Source of the DNA: an uncultured Nitrospinota bacterium
GTDB lineage: Bacteria; Tectomicrobia; Entotheonellia; J063; CAVPRW01
Reading direction: 5' to 3'
Assembly (NCBI GenBank): GCA_963707985.1
Contig: CAVPRW010000026.1
Location: forward strand, 18,446 to 82,445
DNA: 64,000 nt
The notes beneath the pieces were generated by a model that made no database searches, was not told where the DNA came from, and saw only the letters and a program-made list of their open reading frames with translations. A program made the position numbers and the translations under genes. Every line of letters starts with the position of its first letter. Within the stretch, counting starts at the first letter, position 1. Below, piece after piece: positions 53,025 to 61,965 of the stretch.

Positions 53025-54340
53025 AGCTCACCGTTTTCCAGTCCGAGAAGGGGGATTGTCTCCTCCTGACTAGCCAGGATGGACGTCGCCGAATCCTTGT
53101 CGATGGCGGGATGCGCACGTCGTACCAAACATTCGTGGCGCCAGCCCTCGGCACCCTGGCACCGAAGAGAGAGCACCTCGACTTGGTGTATGTGTCGCAT
53201 ATCGATCAGGACCACATTGCCGGGGTGCTGCAGCTGATGGATGATCAAGTGGCATGGCGTGTCCATGACTTCCAGGTCAAGAACGGCAACCCGACGCACC
53301 CCGCACCAGCATCGCCCCGCCCCCCAGAGGTCAAGGAACTTTGGCACAACGCCTTCCACGAGCAGGTGGGCGAAAATGCAGGCCAGATCGGTGACTTGCT
53401 GGCTGCTACTGCCGCGATTCTCTCTGGCAGCGCCGACGACGCCCTGCAAAAAATCGCCACCGTGCAACGAGAGCTGGCCACAAGCATCCCTGAAGCCATC
53501 AAACTTTCCCGGCGGATCAGCGCCGACCAGCTCGATATCCCGTTAAATAGGCGCTTTCAGGGAAGGCTGGCGTTCGTGCAGATGATCAAACCCCCGCCCC
53601 CACCCATCCGGCTAGACCCACTACGCATTTTGGTGATTGGGCCGTTTGCGGAGGACCTGGACCGGCTTCGTCAGCAGTGGAATGCGTGGCTTGAGGACAA
53701 CCAAGCACTGCTCGCAAAAATCCAGAAGCAAACACGGGAGGACGTGGAGCGGATGGGGACGCACGACGCCCGTACGCTCCTGGAGCGACACATTGCGCAG
53801 TCGCAAACATTGGGCGATCGGACGAAGGTCACGCCGCCCAACCTGGCGTCCCTCATGCTGCTCGTCATGGAGAGAAGGAAAACAGTGCTGCTGACCGGAG
53901 ACGGCCATGCCACAGATATCCTGAGGGGGCTCAAGTTTCACGGCAAGCTGGACGTCGATGGCCGAACGCACCTCAATGTGTTGAAAGTCCAACACCATGG
54001 GTCCGAGCACAACATCGACGAACACTTCGTCTCAAACGTCACGGCTGATCATTACATCTTTTGCGGCAATGGAGAGCATGAGAACCCTGACTTGCAGGTG
54101 GTTGAAGCCGTCATCGAGTCGCGCCTCGGCGACGCCGCGTTGCGCTCCCCCCATCCGCAGGCCTCCGGCCCCTTCAAGCTCTGGTTCAACAGCAGTGAGA
54201 GTGCATCGGGGAAACTCGCGGCAAGGCAGCATATGACGGAACTGCACAAACTCGTCGAGGCGCGGCAGAGGACCAGCGGCCGACGCATGAGCTCGGAGTT
54301 CCTGGAGCGAGAGATCCCGTCGTTTGAACTCACGGTTTGA
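53021..54340 (+). CDS. MBL-fold metallo-hydrolase (ComEC/Rec2-like motifs) with a helical insertion
   Basis: GDCLLL, ILVDGG, SHIDQDH, LTGDG, KVQHHGS; ATGA overlap with the S8 gene. Confidence 0.88.
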   Translation: MKLTVFQSEKGDCLLLTSQDGRRRILVDGGMRTSYQTFVAPALGTLAPKREHLDLVYVSHIDQDHIAGVLQLMDDQVAWRVHDFQVKNGNPTHPAPASPRPPEVKELWHNAFHEQVGENAGQIGDLLAATAAILSGSADDALQKIATVQRELATSIPEAIKLSRRISADQLDIPLNRRFQGRLAFVQMIKPPPPPIRLDPLRILVIGPFAEDLDRLRQQWNAWLEDNQALLAKIQKQTREDVERMGTHDARTLLERHIAQSQTLGDRTKVTPPNLASLMLLVMERRKTVLLTGDGHATDILRGLKFHGKLDVDGRTHLNVLKVQHHGSEHNIDEHFVSNVTADHYIFCGNGEHENPDLQVVEAVIESRLGDAALRSPHPQASGPFKLWFNSSESASGKLAARQHMTELHKLVEARQRTSGRRMSSEFLEREIPSFELTV

Positions 54341-54359
54341 GCGGTGCAAAGGGGATGGC

Positions 54360-54603
54360 ATTGTCAATGTGGGGTGTGCGCGGCGGCGGGGGCAACTTTG
54401 GCGTGGCCACCTCCTTCGAATACCGCCTCTACCCCGTCGGCCCGGTGTTGGCGGGTCTGGTGCTTCACCCTTTTGACAAGGCAAAAGACGTTCTGCAGTT
54501 CTATCGCGACTTCTCCTGCGCCACCCACGAGGCATTGACCACCTATGCGGGGCTCCTGACCTCGCCCGAGGGGAGCAAGCAGGTGGCCATCGCCGTGTGC
54601 TAG
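54360..54603 (+). pseudogene. Internal fragment of an FAD-binding (BBE/VAO-like) oxidoreductase
   Basis: WGVRGGGGNFGVATSFEYRL.PV. Confidence 0.7.
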
Positions 54604-54695
54604 GCCGGGCCGCTAGCCGAAAGGGCCAGCAGGGGGACAGGCACTCCACCAACGGCGCAGAAGACTATCACGGCGCGCAGCCAACAGAGGCCCCC

Positions 54696-54992
54696 ATGAC
54701 GGAACCAGGCACGCAGTATGACCACATCGGCAGCAAATACGACGAGTACGCCCGCACGGCCACGCTCAAACAAGCCGAAAGCTACACGTTCTTCCGCATG
54801 GTCGGGTCCCTGGAGGGCCTACGGGTCCTGGATCTCGCCTGCGGCTTCGGCTTTTATCCCCGGCTACTCAAGCAACGCGGCGCGGCACAGGTGATTGGTG
54901 TTGATATCTCCCCGGAGATGATCCGTTTGGCCAACCAGCATGAGCAGGCTGAGCCGCTCGGCATCACGTATCAGGTGGGCGACGCCGCCTGA
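54696..54992 (+). pseudogene. Class I SAM methyltransferase, 3'-truncated
   Basis: VLDLACGFG, GVDISPEM; ends right after motif II (VGDAA*). Confidence 0.75.
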
Positions 54993-55373
54993 TCACACTG
55001 GCCCGTCTGTGGGAGACCTTTGGCCAGGAAGACAGTCAGCTGTTACGCGGTGAGGCGCTGGCCTCGTCGTGCACCTGCTGTTCACGCAAACGGGCAGCGC
55101 CACGCGCATACGGTTTGAGGAAGCTCAAGGCACGTCCAAGTTTATTCTTGGCACTCCTTGGATTACAGGCGTCCCAGTCACAATCGCTCTCGACCAATAC
55201 AACTATCTCCTGCCAGCACTTCCGCTTGCATTCCTCTCATGCCACTTTCTTCCAGGGGTTTAGAATGTAGTGCAACTGTTTTCTACCGCCGAGTATCACC
55301 CCCACGCCACCTTTGTCACGTTCGACCACGCCAACATGGGTATAGCCATGTGCCTGCGCAATGGTGCTAAGCA

Positions 55374-55808
55374 CTATCGCGGCGGACAAGCTCTTGGAGC
55401 CCCGATATCATCCAGCAGAACTTCTTGCGGCGAGGGGCCCCATTTGGCCAGCTTTCCAGGGAGAGGGTCACGCGAGGCACGGTAGCAGTCTCCAAGGATC
55501 TCATCCGACGGCGACAGGATTGGGTCTCCCGGCACATCGGTCAACACCTGGATGCAATGGACATCGAAGGCGATGGTGGTGGGATCGAGGTCGTACTCGT
55601 AGCAAAAGGCATAAAAGGAGACATCATCAGGGGTCGGTAGATCGGTCAAAATCCGCTGCCTGCCGGGCTATGTGGTGAGGACATGGATCCCGGCGATGGC
55701 CACCGGTGGGTCTCGAACCTGGGTGGAATAGCACAACGGCTCAGTGATCACCTGTAGCGTCTGCCCTGGCACCGCCACGAGGATCTCTCGCCACGCCTTC
55801 ATCCACAC
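55374..55808 (-). pseudogene. Small hypothetical gene with one internal stop
   Basis: GGAGAGAG RBS plus GTG near 55,808; reads VWMKAWRE...VLTT*PGRQRILTDLPTPDD...; family not recognised. Confidence 0.35.
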
Positions 55809-56071
55809 GATCTCTCTCCACGTGCGGCTGCAGTCGTCGCAGGTGTCTCGTCAGAACACGGCGAGGTTGTCTAGGGGCTGCAATCTTTAAGATCATGCAC
55901 CAACGGTTGTGCGCATGCCCTCCTCTCTGACCGTTGCTTCCTGACCTACGCTATTCCCAACTATCTCGTGTGCTGTGCTCACGTCTAGAAGCGAGCCTCC
56001 TCATGGCCTAGCCCCAGACAGATGGCGTGCATCGTGCGACACGAGAAGCCCAACCGGCGCGTATTGACGGA

Positions 56072-57953
56072 GTTGCAATTCCTTCCAGGAATTAGAGGTT
56101 CTTCTACGCCCGCCAAACACCGTAGGCAGAAACTGTTTCAATTCCTTCCAGGAATTAGAGATTCTTCTACGACAATGATGGGATTCCGAGGCAAGCAAGT
56201 TTCAATTCCTTCCAGGAATTAGAGATTCTTCTACCGATCCATTCATCCTCTTAGTGCGCCGTTGCGCATTGTTTCAATTCCTTCCAGGAATTAGAGATTC
56301 TTCTACAGAAGCCACATGTGTCAAGGTCGCACTCGCGACTGTTTCAATTCCTTCCAGGAATTAGAGATTCTTCTACCCGCAGTCTTGAACCGTCAACAGG
56401 TTGGTCCAAGGTGTGTGCCACTGCTCGCGAGTTTCAATTCCTTCCAGGAATTAGAGATTCTTCTACGTGGGAATAAGGCACCGAACTATAGTGTTTCAAT
56501 TCCTTCCAGGAATTAGAGATTCTTCTACAGACGCGGAAGGCGCTATGTTTCAATTCCTTCCAGGAATTAGAGATTCTTCTACGCAGTCGAGCCTCAGCTG
56601 AGTGTTTCAATTCCTTCCAGGAATTAGAGATTCTTCTACGTCTAGATGCGAGTTCACCGACGATGCTGAGCGACTATCTCGGTTTCAATTCCTTCCAGGA
56701 ATTAGAGATTCTTCTACCTGACAGCAGGCGCGAAGAGATGTATGAGCGTGGCAAGGAGTTTCAATTCCTTCCAGGAATTAGAGATTCTTCTACGAAGTCT
56801 GATCGGGGAGATGACGACCGCGTGCGCGATTGAGTTTCAATTCCTTCCAGGAATTAGAGATTCTTCTACGAGAGCGACCGGATCAGTATGGCCAATCATG
56901 TCTCGGCGTTTCAATTCCTTCCAGGAATTAGAGATTCTTCTACGAGAGCATTCTACAGGAAATTAACCGGCGTTTATTAGGTTTCAATTCCTTCCAGGAA
57001 TTAGAGATTCTTCTACATGCCCGAGCGATCGGGAAGCACGTAGCTGACACCATGAGTTGACAGAGTTTCAATTCCTTCCAGGAATTAGAGATTCTTCTAC
57101 AAGGAAGTGGCTAAATATCGTTGGAATACAATGACACCAGAGTTTCAATTCCTTCCAGGAATTAGAGATTCTTCTACCAGTCGAAGCGAGAGTCTTCTCG
57201 CTTGTCAATTCCTTCCAGGGCTTACCATGCCCCGAGTGCACGGTCGATAAGTTTCAATTCCTTCCAGGAATTAGAGATTCTTCTACCGATTCTACGTCGT
57301 GCGAATCGACTCGGGGGTCTGTGGTTTCAATTCCTTCCAGGAATTAGAGATTCTTCTACAATGCGTGCGAGACCGCTCAATGGCCTCCTGACATGTTTCA
57401 ATTCCTTCCAGGAATTAGAGATTCTTCTACATGGTCGGGCGCTACTGCAAAATGTGTCAACGCGGTGATGTTTCAATTCCTTCCAGGAATTAGAGATTCT
57501 TCTACGTCCACAGCCTGCGATCTGGACGTTTCCGACCATGAACGAGTTTCAATTCCTTCCAGGAATTAGAGATTCTTCTACTTCGTCAAGCGACACACGC
57601 CGAGGCAGGCACGACAAGACGTTTCAATTCCTTCCAGGAATTAGAGATTCTTCTACAGGCATAGGACCGCAGCGCTGCTGATTGCCGAGCCAATAGTTTC
57701 AATTCCTTCCAGGAATTAGAGATTCTTCTACGAAGTTCCGCAACCGGATGGCAGCAGTCTGAATATCCGTTTCAATTCCTTCCAGGAATTAGAGATTCTT
57801 CTACGAACGTCACACGTAAAATAAGCTAGCGAAACATAAAGTTTCAATTCCTTCCAGGAATTAGAGATTCTTCTACTCATGCGCCGTGACCATCGACTGA
57901 AGGTATCCAGCCATGTAGTTTCAATTCCTTCCAGGAATTAGAGATTCTTCTAC
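56072..57953 (-). CRISPR. CRISPR array: 26 full 36-bp repeats plus one truncated repeat
   Basis: Plus-strand repeat GTTTCAATTCCTTCCAGGAATTAGAGATTCTTCTAC (minus: GTAGAAGAATCTCTAATTCCTGGAAGGAATTGAAAC, ending ATTGAAAC). The repeat at 56072 has 2 mismatches and marks the trailer end; the leader lies toward cas2. Confidence 0.99.
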
Positions 57954-58234
57954 CCCTCGTCTCGGATAGAGCCTGCGGCACGGGTTGCACAAGGCCTTTG
58001 CGAGTATCGTCTGCAGGGAGACATCCCTCATTAGAGGCTCAGGCTTTTCGACAACACGCCAACATTGAAAAAGGATTCATTTTCCAAGAGCTTGCAACTT
58101 TGCGAGCATCCTCGGGGATTTTTGATCATCACCGATGCTCGCATAACCTAAAGCCTAGCATTACGGAAATGTCGGGTCTCCCGGAACTTTCCCTCCGGCA
58201 AAAATACGGCCGCGGACGTCTGACGCCGAATTCC
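57954..58234 (-). promoter_or_regulatory. CRISPR leader
   Basis: Non-coding stretch between the cas2 stop and the first repeat, with inverted TGCGAGCATC...GATGCTCGCA motifs. Confidence 0.75.
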
Positions 58235-58516
58235 CTAGATTATCAGCGTTTCTTGAGGGGAATAGCTTGTCATATTTCCATAGCGCCCCACGCTGCGCTG
58301 GCATCCTCCACAAAGCTGCATGACGAGCAGTCGATCTTTTGTATTATCGATCAGACCAGTTAGGCGGTCAACCAATTTATGCAGCTCCTTGGGCTTCAGA
58401 GAAATCTCGAAAACGCTGTATTGAATCCGCATCCCATAGCGTTCCAGGGCTTTACACAGGTGGTAACGCCGCCGGTCATCAGCCACATCATATGCAATGA
58501 TCACCTGCTCGTCCAA
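58235..58516 (-). CDS. cas2: CRISPR-associated endonuclease Cas2
   Basis: IIAYDVADDRRR, YGMRIQYSVFE, DRL; TTG start after a GGAGAGGGG RBS. Confidence 0.95.
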   Translation of the reverse strand: MDEQVIIAYDVADDRRRYHLCKALERYGMRIQYSVFEISLKPKELHKLVDRLTGLIDNTKDRLLVMQLCGGCQRSVGRYGNMTSYSPQETLII

Positions 58517-58548
58517 TCTCCCCCCTCTCCGTTGGGCGACCCGCCCGC

Positions 58549-60171
58549 TCAACGCGTGACGAACGATTGATAAACGGCAATATCCTCCATGACCACTTTC
58601 GCCAGGAGGCGTGCTTGCAGCTCCAGCACCCGTCGATACGCGAGGGTATACTCAAAAATTGGGTGTATGACCTCGGTATTTTTGCGTTGCCCATATGCGG
58701 CATAGAACTTTTCCCGGCCACGCTCGGTGAGGAACCATCCCCCATACTTCTCCTCGAAATCGTCAGGGCGAATGCTCCCTTTGTTGATGAGCGTCAAGAC
58801 GACCGAATCCACCAGAAGCACGCGAAACTCTTCCATGAGATCCAATGCGAGGGCAGGCCGCCCATGAACCGGGATATGATAAAATCCCACATAGGGATCG
58901 AGCCCAGCGACCTGCGCGGCAGTAATGCAGTCGGAGCATAATAAGGTGTACCCCAGGCTCAGGAGGGCGTTCACGGGATCCCTGGGCGGGCGCCGAGTGC
59001 GCTTCTGGAAGTCAAAGGCCACGTCCTTGCCGATGAGCTCGGCAAAACCCTGAAAATAGGCGTGTGATGCCGCGCCTTCGAGGCCGAGCAACGCCTCAAT
59101 GTTGGTCGCACGCTCGACAGTCGGCACCAGGGCTCTGAGGCGATGGATCGACGCTTCAAGCCCTGCACTGCCCCGTGTCCGATTGCCACGCATCAGGAAG
59201 GCGCGCATATTCTGCACCTTTCCCGATACCATCACCTTGGCGACCTGCAAACGGAACACCTCTTCCTTACTGCGCTCGTATTGGCGCAGCCGCAACACTG
59301 AATTCTTCGAGAGCTCCGCCGTGAAGCGCCCCTCGTATTTACCGTAGGAATTGAGCAGGACGACCTCGACGTCATATCTGAGGAGATGTTTCAGCAATGG
59401 CGTGGAGAGATTCACATTGCCCGCCAGGATCAGCTGATCCACGTGGGCAAGGGGGATTGTCGCCAAGGGTTGCCCGTCCTTGGTGACGGCTAATCGGGAC
59501 CCATCCTTGCGGAGATAGGCTCCCTGTTCATTGACGTAGACTACGCGCTCAATGCCGATGGATGGCAGCGGCTTGCGCGGTTTGGGGCCAGTGCCATCGA
59601 GGAAACGGTCCTCGGCGGGCATACAGATGGGCAGAAGGCTGCAGCCAGGGCAGCGCCAGTCATTCACCGGCTCGGGACGAATAGGGCTGTCCATGAGGCG
59701 ACGGGCTTCGATCACGCACTCGAGCGTTTTCTCGCGCAAGATGTGATCGAAATCGACAAGGACACGTCGTCGAGAGTCCGCATAGTACAGAAAACCAAAG
59801 GGGATCACCCGCCCCAGAGTGTCTTCCAGGCACATGGCCTGCAGACACAGTTGCACACGTTCGTACAGCCCTTCGTCGGCACTACCCGTCTTATACTCGA
59901 CAGGACAGGGGAACTCTCCCTCTTCCAGGACATCGATGACGCCAATGACACCGAGGGTGTCCGATGACACCGTCACCGAGCGCACCTGCAGTGTGCCTTC
60001 GCGCATGATGGTGGCACGCGTGTCGCGCTTGCGCTCGGCGATAGAGCCTTGCACCATGCGAGCGTCGGTGAGGTCGATCTTCTCTACGGCGCGATAGTAA
60101 AAATTGCGGGGACAGTATGCCACCTCAGCTACCTGGCTGATGGGGAGATAGACGGTTTCCGATGCTTCCAT
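58549..60171 (-). CDS. cas4-cas1: Cas4-Cas1 fusion protein
   Basis: Cas4: YCPR, GVIDV, PVEYK, QLCLQAMCLE, C..CSL..IC. Cas1: LLGLEG, RRPPRDPVNALLSLGY, GLDPYVGFYH, ALALDLMEEFR. Confidence 0.95.
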   Translation of the reverse strand: MEASETVYLPISQVAEVAYCPRNFYYRAVEKIDLTDARMVQGSIAERKRDTRATIMREGTLQVRSVTVSSDTLGVIGVIDVLEEGEFPCPVEYKTGSADEGLYERVQLCLQAMCLEDTLGRVIPFGFLYYADSRRRVLVDFDHILREKTLECVIEARRLMDSPIRPEPVNDWRCPGCSLLPICMPAEDRFLDGTGPKPRKPLPSIGIERVVYVNEQGAYLRKDGSRLAVTKDGQPLATIPLAHVDQLILAGNVNLSTPLLKHLLRYDVEVVLLNSYGKYEGRFTAELSKNSVLRLRQYERSKEEVFRLQVAKVMVSGKVQNMRAFLMRGNRTRGSAGLEASIHRLRALVPTVERATNIEALLGLEGAASHAYFQGFAELIGKDVAFDFQKRTRRPPRDPVNALLSLGYTLLCSDCITAAQVAGLDPYVGFYHIPVHGRPALALDLMEEFRVLLVDSVVLTLINKGSIRPDDFEEKYGGWFLTERGREKFYAAYGQRKNTEVIHPIFEYTLAYRRVLELQARLLAKVVMEDIAVYQSFVTR

Positions 60172-60280
60172 ACGATCAACTCCTTCATCCGTGTAACAAT
60201 GCTTTGAGCGCAGTTATACCCAGGCTACTCGCGGCGGTATGATGACGCACCTGGGCCGTTGATGGTCAAAGATATCGAGA

Positions 60281-61120
60281 TTAGGGACGTTCGGGCTGGC
60301 GTCTCGCGGTTCTCGAAGCGATGGGCTGTCGCAGCGTCTGTCCCAACCCCATTGTGGTTTTGTAACCCACGCCGGCAAAGAAGGCGAAGTCGGCCAGGGC
60401 ATTGAGGGCCTGTCGAGCTGTGGCGTCGACCTCGCGCGGATAGGTATAGGTCACTTGTCCCTTGAAGCCGATCACCTTGTAGCGGGCAAAGTGGATCAGT
60501 TCGGTTCGCAGCTCGTAGGCAGACACACGGATCAGTGGGAATATTTCCGCGAGAGCCAGATCGAATGGCGCCGGGGCAAAGGATTGCCAGGCCGCGAGCA
60601 GTGAGCCGAAGACACGTTCGGGCTTGGGAAGAATCTCCTGGACCTCCCCGGCCCGAAATGACGTGGGGGCCACAAACTGTAACGTGACCCGACTCTCCTG
60701 TGACGCTTGCTGCACGAGCGTCGGGTATGTCGTCGAGCGCACCAGCGGGTGCATGCCCGGCTGAAAGGCAATGCCTTCGACGCGGGCGCTGGCACTGCCG
60801 AAGCGCACCGGGGCGCCGCTCATGGCGAGAGTCCCAAAGGCGGCCAGCGCATGCTCGATGATCTCATCGGTGAGCAACCCCAGGCGGAACTCCACACGGC
60901 TATCAGCGCTAATATGCAGCCGTCCTTCGCGCTTGGGATACTCTGTCAGCACACCCGAAAGGCTAAATGGCTTATCAACCTCCCGGTGCAGGTGTTCCGC
61001 GAAGCTGGCATCGTGCCCCCGCAATACCTCGAACAAGAGCCCATGCAGGGCTTCGCCACCGAGGCCCAGTAGTGCCAGGTCGGACTCGATTCTTAACGCG
61101 ATCACGAAGCTAGCGAGCAC
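60281..61120 (-). CDS. cas6: CRISPR pre-crRNA processing RAMP endoribonuclease Cas6
   Basis: ALHGLLF, KPFSLS, F.APTSF, GFKG.V, FAGVGYKTTMGLG Gly-rich loop. Confidence 0.93.
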   Translation of the reverse strand: MLASFVIALRIESDLALLGLGGEALHGLLFEVLRGHDASFAEHLHREVDKPFSLSGVLTEYPKREGRLHISADSRVEFRLGLLTDEIIEHALAAFGTLAMSGAPVRFGSASARVEGIAFQPGMHPLVRSTTYPTLVQQASQESRVTLQFVAPTSFRAGEVQEILPKPERVFGSLLAAWQSFAPAPFDLALAEIFPLIRVSAYELRTELIHFARYKVIGFKGQVTYTYPREVDATARQALNALADFAFFAGVGYKTTMGLGQTLRQPIASRTARRQPERP

Positions 61121-61478
61121 GGTTCTGCCCCTTGCGCTGGCTCACGATAGAGCCGCGCTGCCGCAGCGGAATGGTGACGCCTGTCCTCAGAATCTCGGCC
61201 AGAAAGCTTCCCGGTTCACAATGGGCCACCTGTGAGGGGGAGAATCCCACCACATCGAGCGGTGCCTGCAGCTCACGATTGGCCAGCCCCAGCTGTTCAT
61301 AACGTTCGAGCAGCGAAAGGGCGTCAAACTTCGGCGAAATCACCGCGATGTCGATATCGCTCCATTCCTGTGCATGCCCCGCGGCATGGGAGCCAAACAG
61401 AATCACTCGTTCGACTGGGATGCCTCGGGCTTCGAGGGCAGCGACGTAGCGGCGGATGAGGGTGGTAATTTGGCGTGG
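61110..61478 (-). CDS. Minimal nucleotidyltransferase (MNT) domain protein, N-terminus cut at the junction
   Basis: ITTLIRRYVAALEARGIPVERVILFGSHAAG...SDIDIAVIS; the frame is open up to about 61,478 with no start codon. Confidence 0.85.
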   Translation of the reverse strand, partial: PRQITTLIRRYVAALEARGIPVERVILFGSHAAGHAQEWSDIDIAVISPKFDALSLLERYEQLGLANRELQAPLDVVGFSPSQVAHCEPGSFLAEILRTGVTIPLRQRGSIVSQRKGQNRAR

Positions 61479-61479
61479 C

Positions 61480-61728
61480 TATTGTCGCACCACCTGGAGT
61501 TCCGGGCGCTGGACTTGCTGGTGAAACACTTTCAGGTCGCTGAAACTTCCTGATTAGTCCTGGCAATTCTTGGATGGCAGCATCCATTTTGGCCTGCCTG
61601 GTTCTATTGGCAGCAATTTCCTTTTTAGTGCGAAACCTTCTAAAGCCACCGTTGGTATTGTTGTTACAGCCAACAGCAAACAAGCAAATGGCTAAGAAAC
61701 CGGCAATGAAAGAGATGACATATCTCAT
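61480..61728 (-). CDS. Putative lipoprotein, truncated at the composition junction
   Basis: MRYVISFIAGFLAICLFAVGC lipobox-like N-terminus; AGGAG RBS. Confidence 0.5.
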
Positions 61729-61965
61729 AGTAACTCCTAAAGCGTCCGTTTACCCTACTGGGAATACAGGGGTTTTTGAGCAATGGAGGTGCCAATGGTA
61801 AGCCTAAAAAAATTACATAAAATCAATACTTTAGGAGTAATTTCAAGATGTTACCTGTGACGCTTTTTGGCAAATGCCGTGAATTGCCTGACAGGGTTCA
61901 AACTACCTTTTTCAGTCCCCCCCTGATATTTTTAATGCTCAAACACCCCACTTCAAGGAGACAGC

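Noticed and set aside
53021..54340. MBL hydrolase as a CRISPR effector (type VII beta-CASP nuclease)
   Set aside because: Its motifs are ComEC/Rec2-like rather than beta-CASP, it is on the opposite strand to the cas genes, it is coupled to S8, and no cas5 or cas7 is nearby.
56001..57539. Short ORFs with repeated FNSFQELEILL / ISNSWKELK peptides
   Set aside because: They are translations of the CRISPR repeats.
56072..57953. Self-targeting spacers matching this window
   Set aside because: None noticed by eye; an exhaustive alignment was not possible, so no claim is made.
58549..60171. RT-Cas1 fusion as an explanation for variable spacer length
   Set aside because: The N-terminal domain has Cas4 Cys and RecB-like motifs and no reverse-transcriptase YxDD motif.
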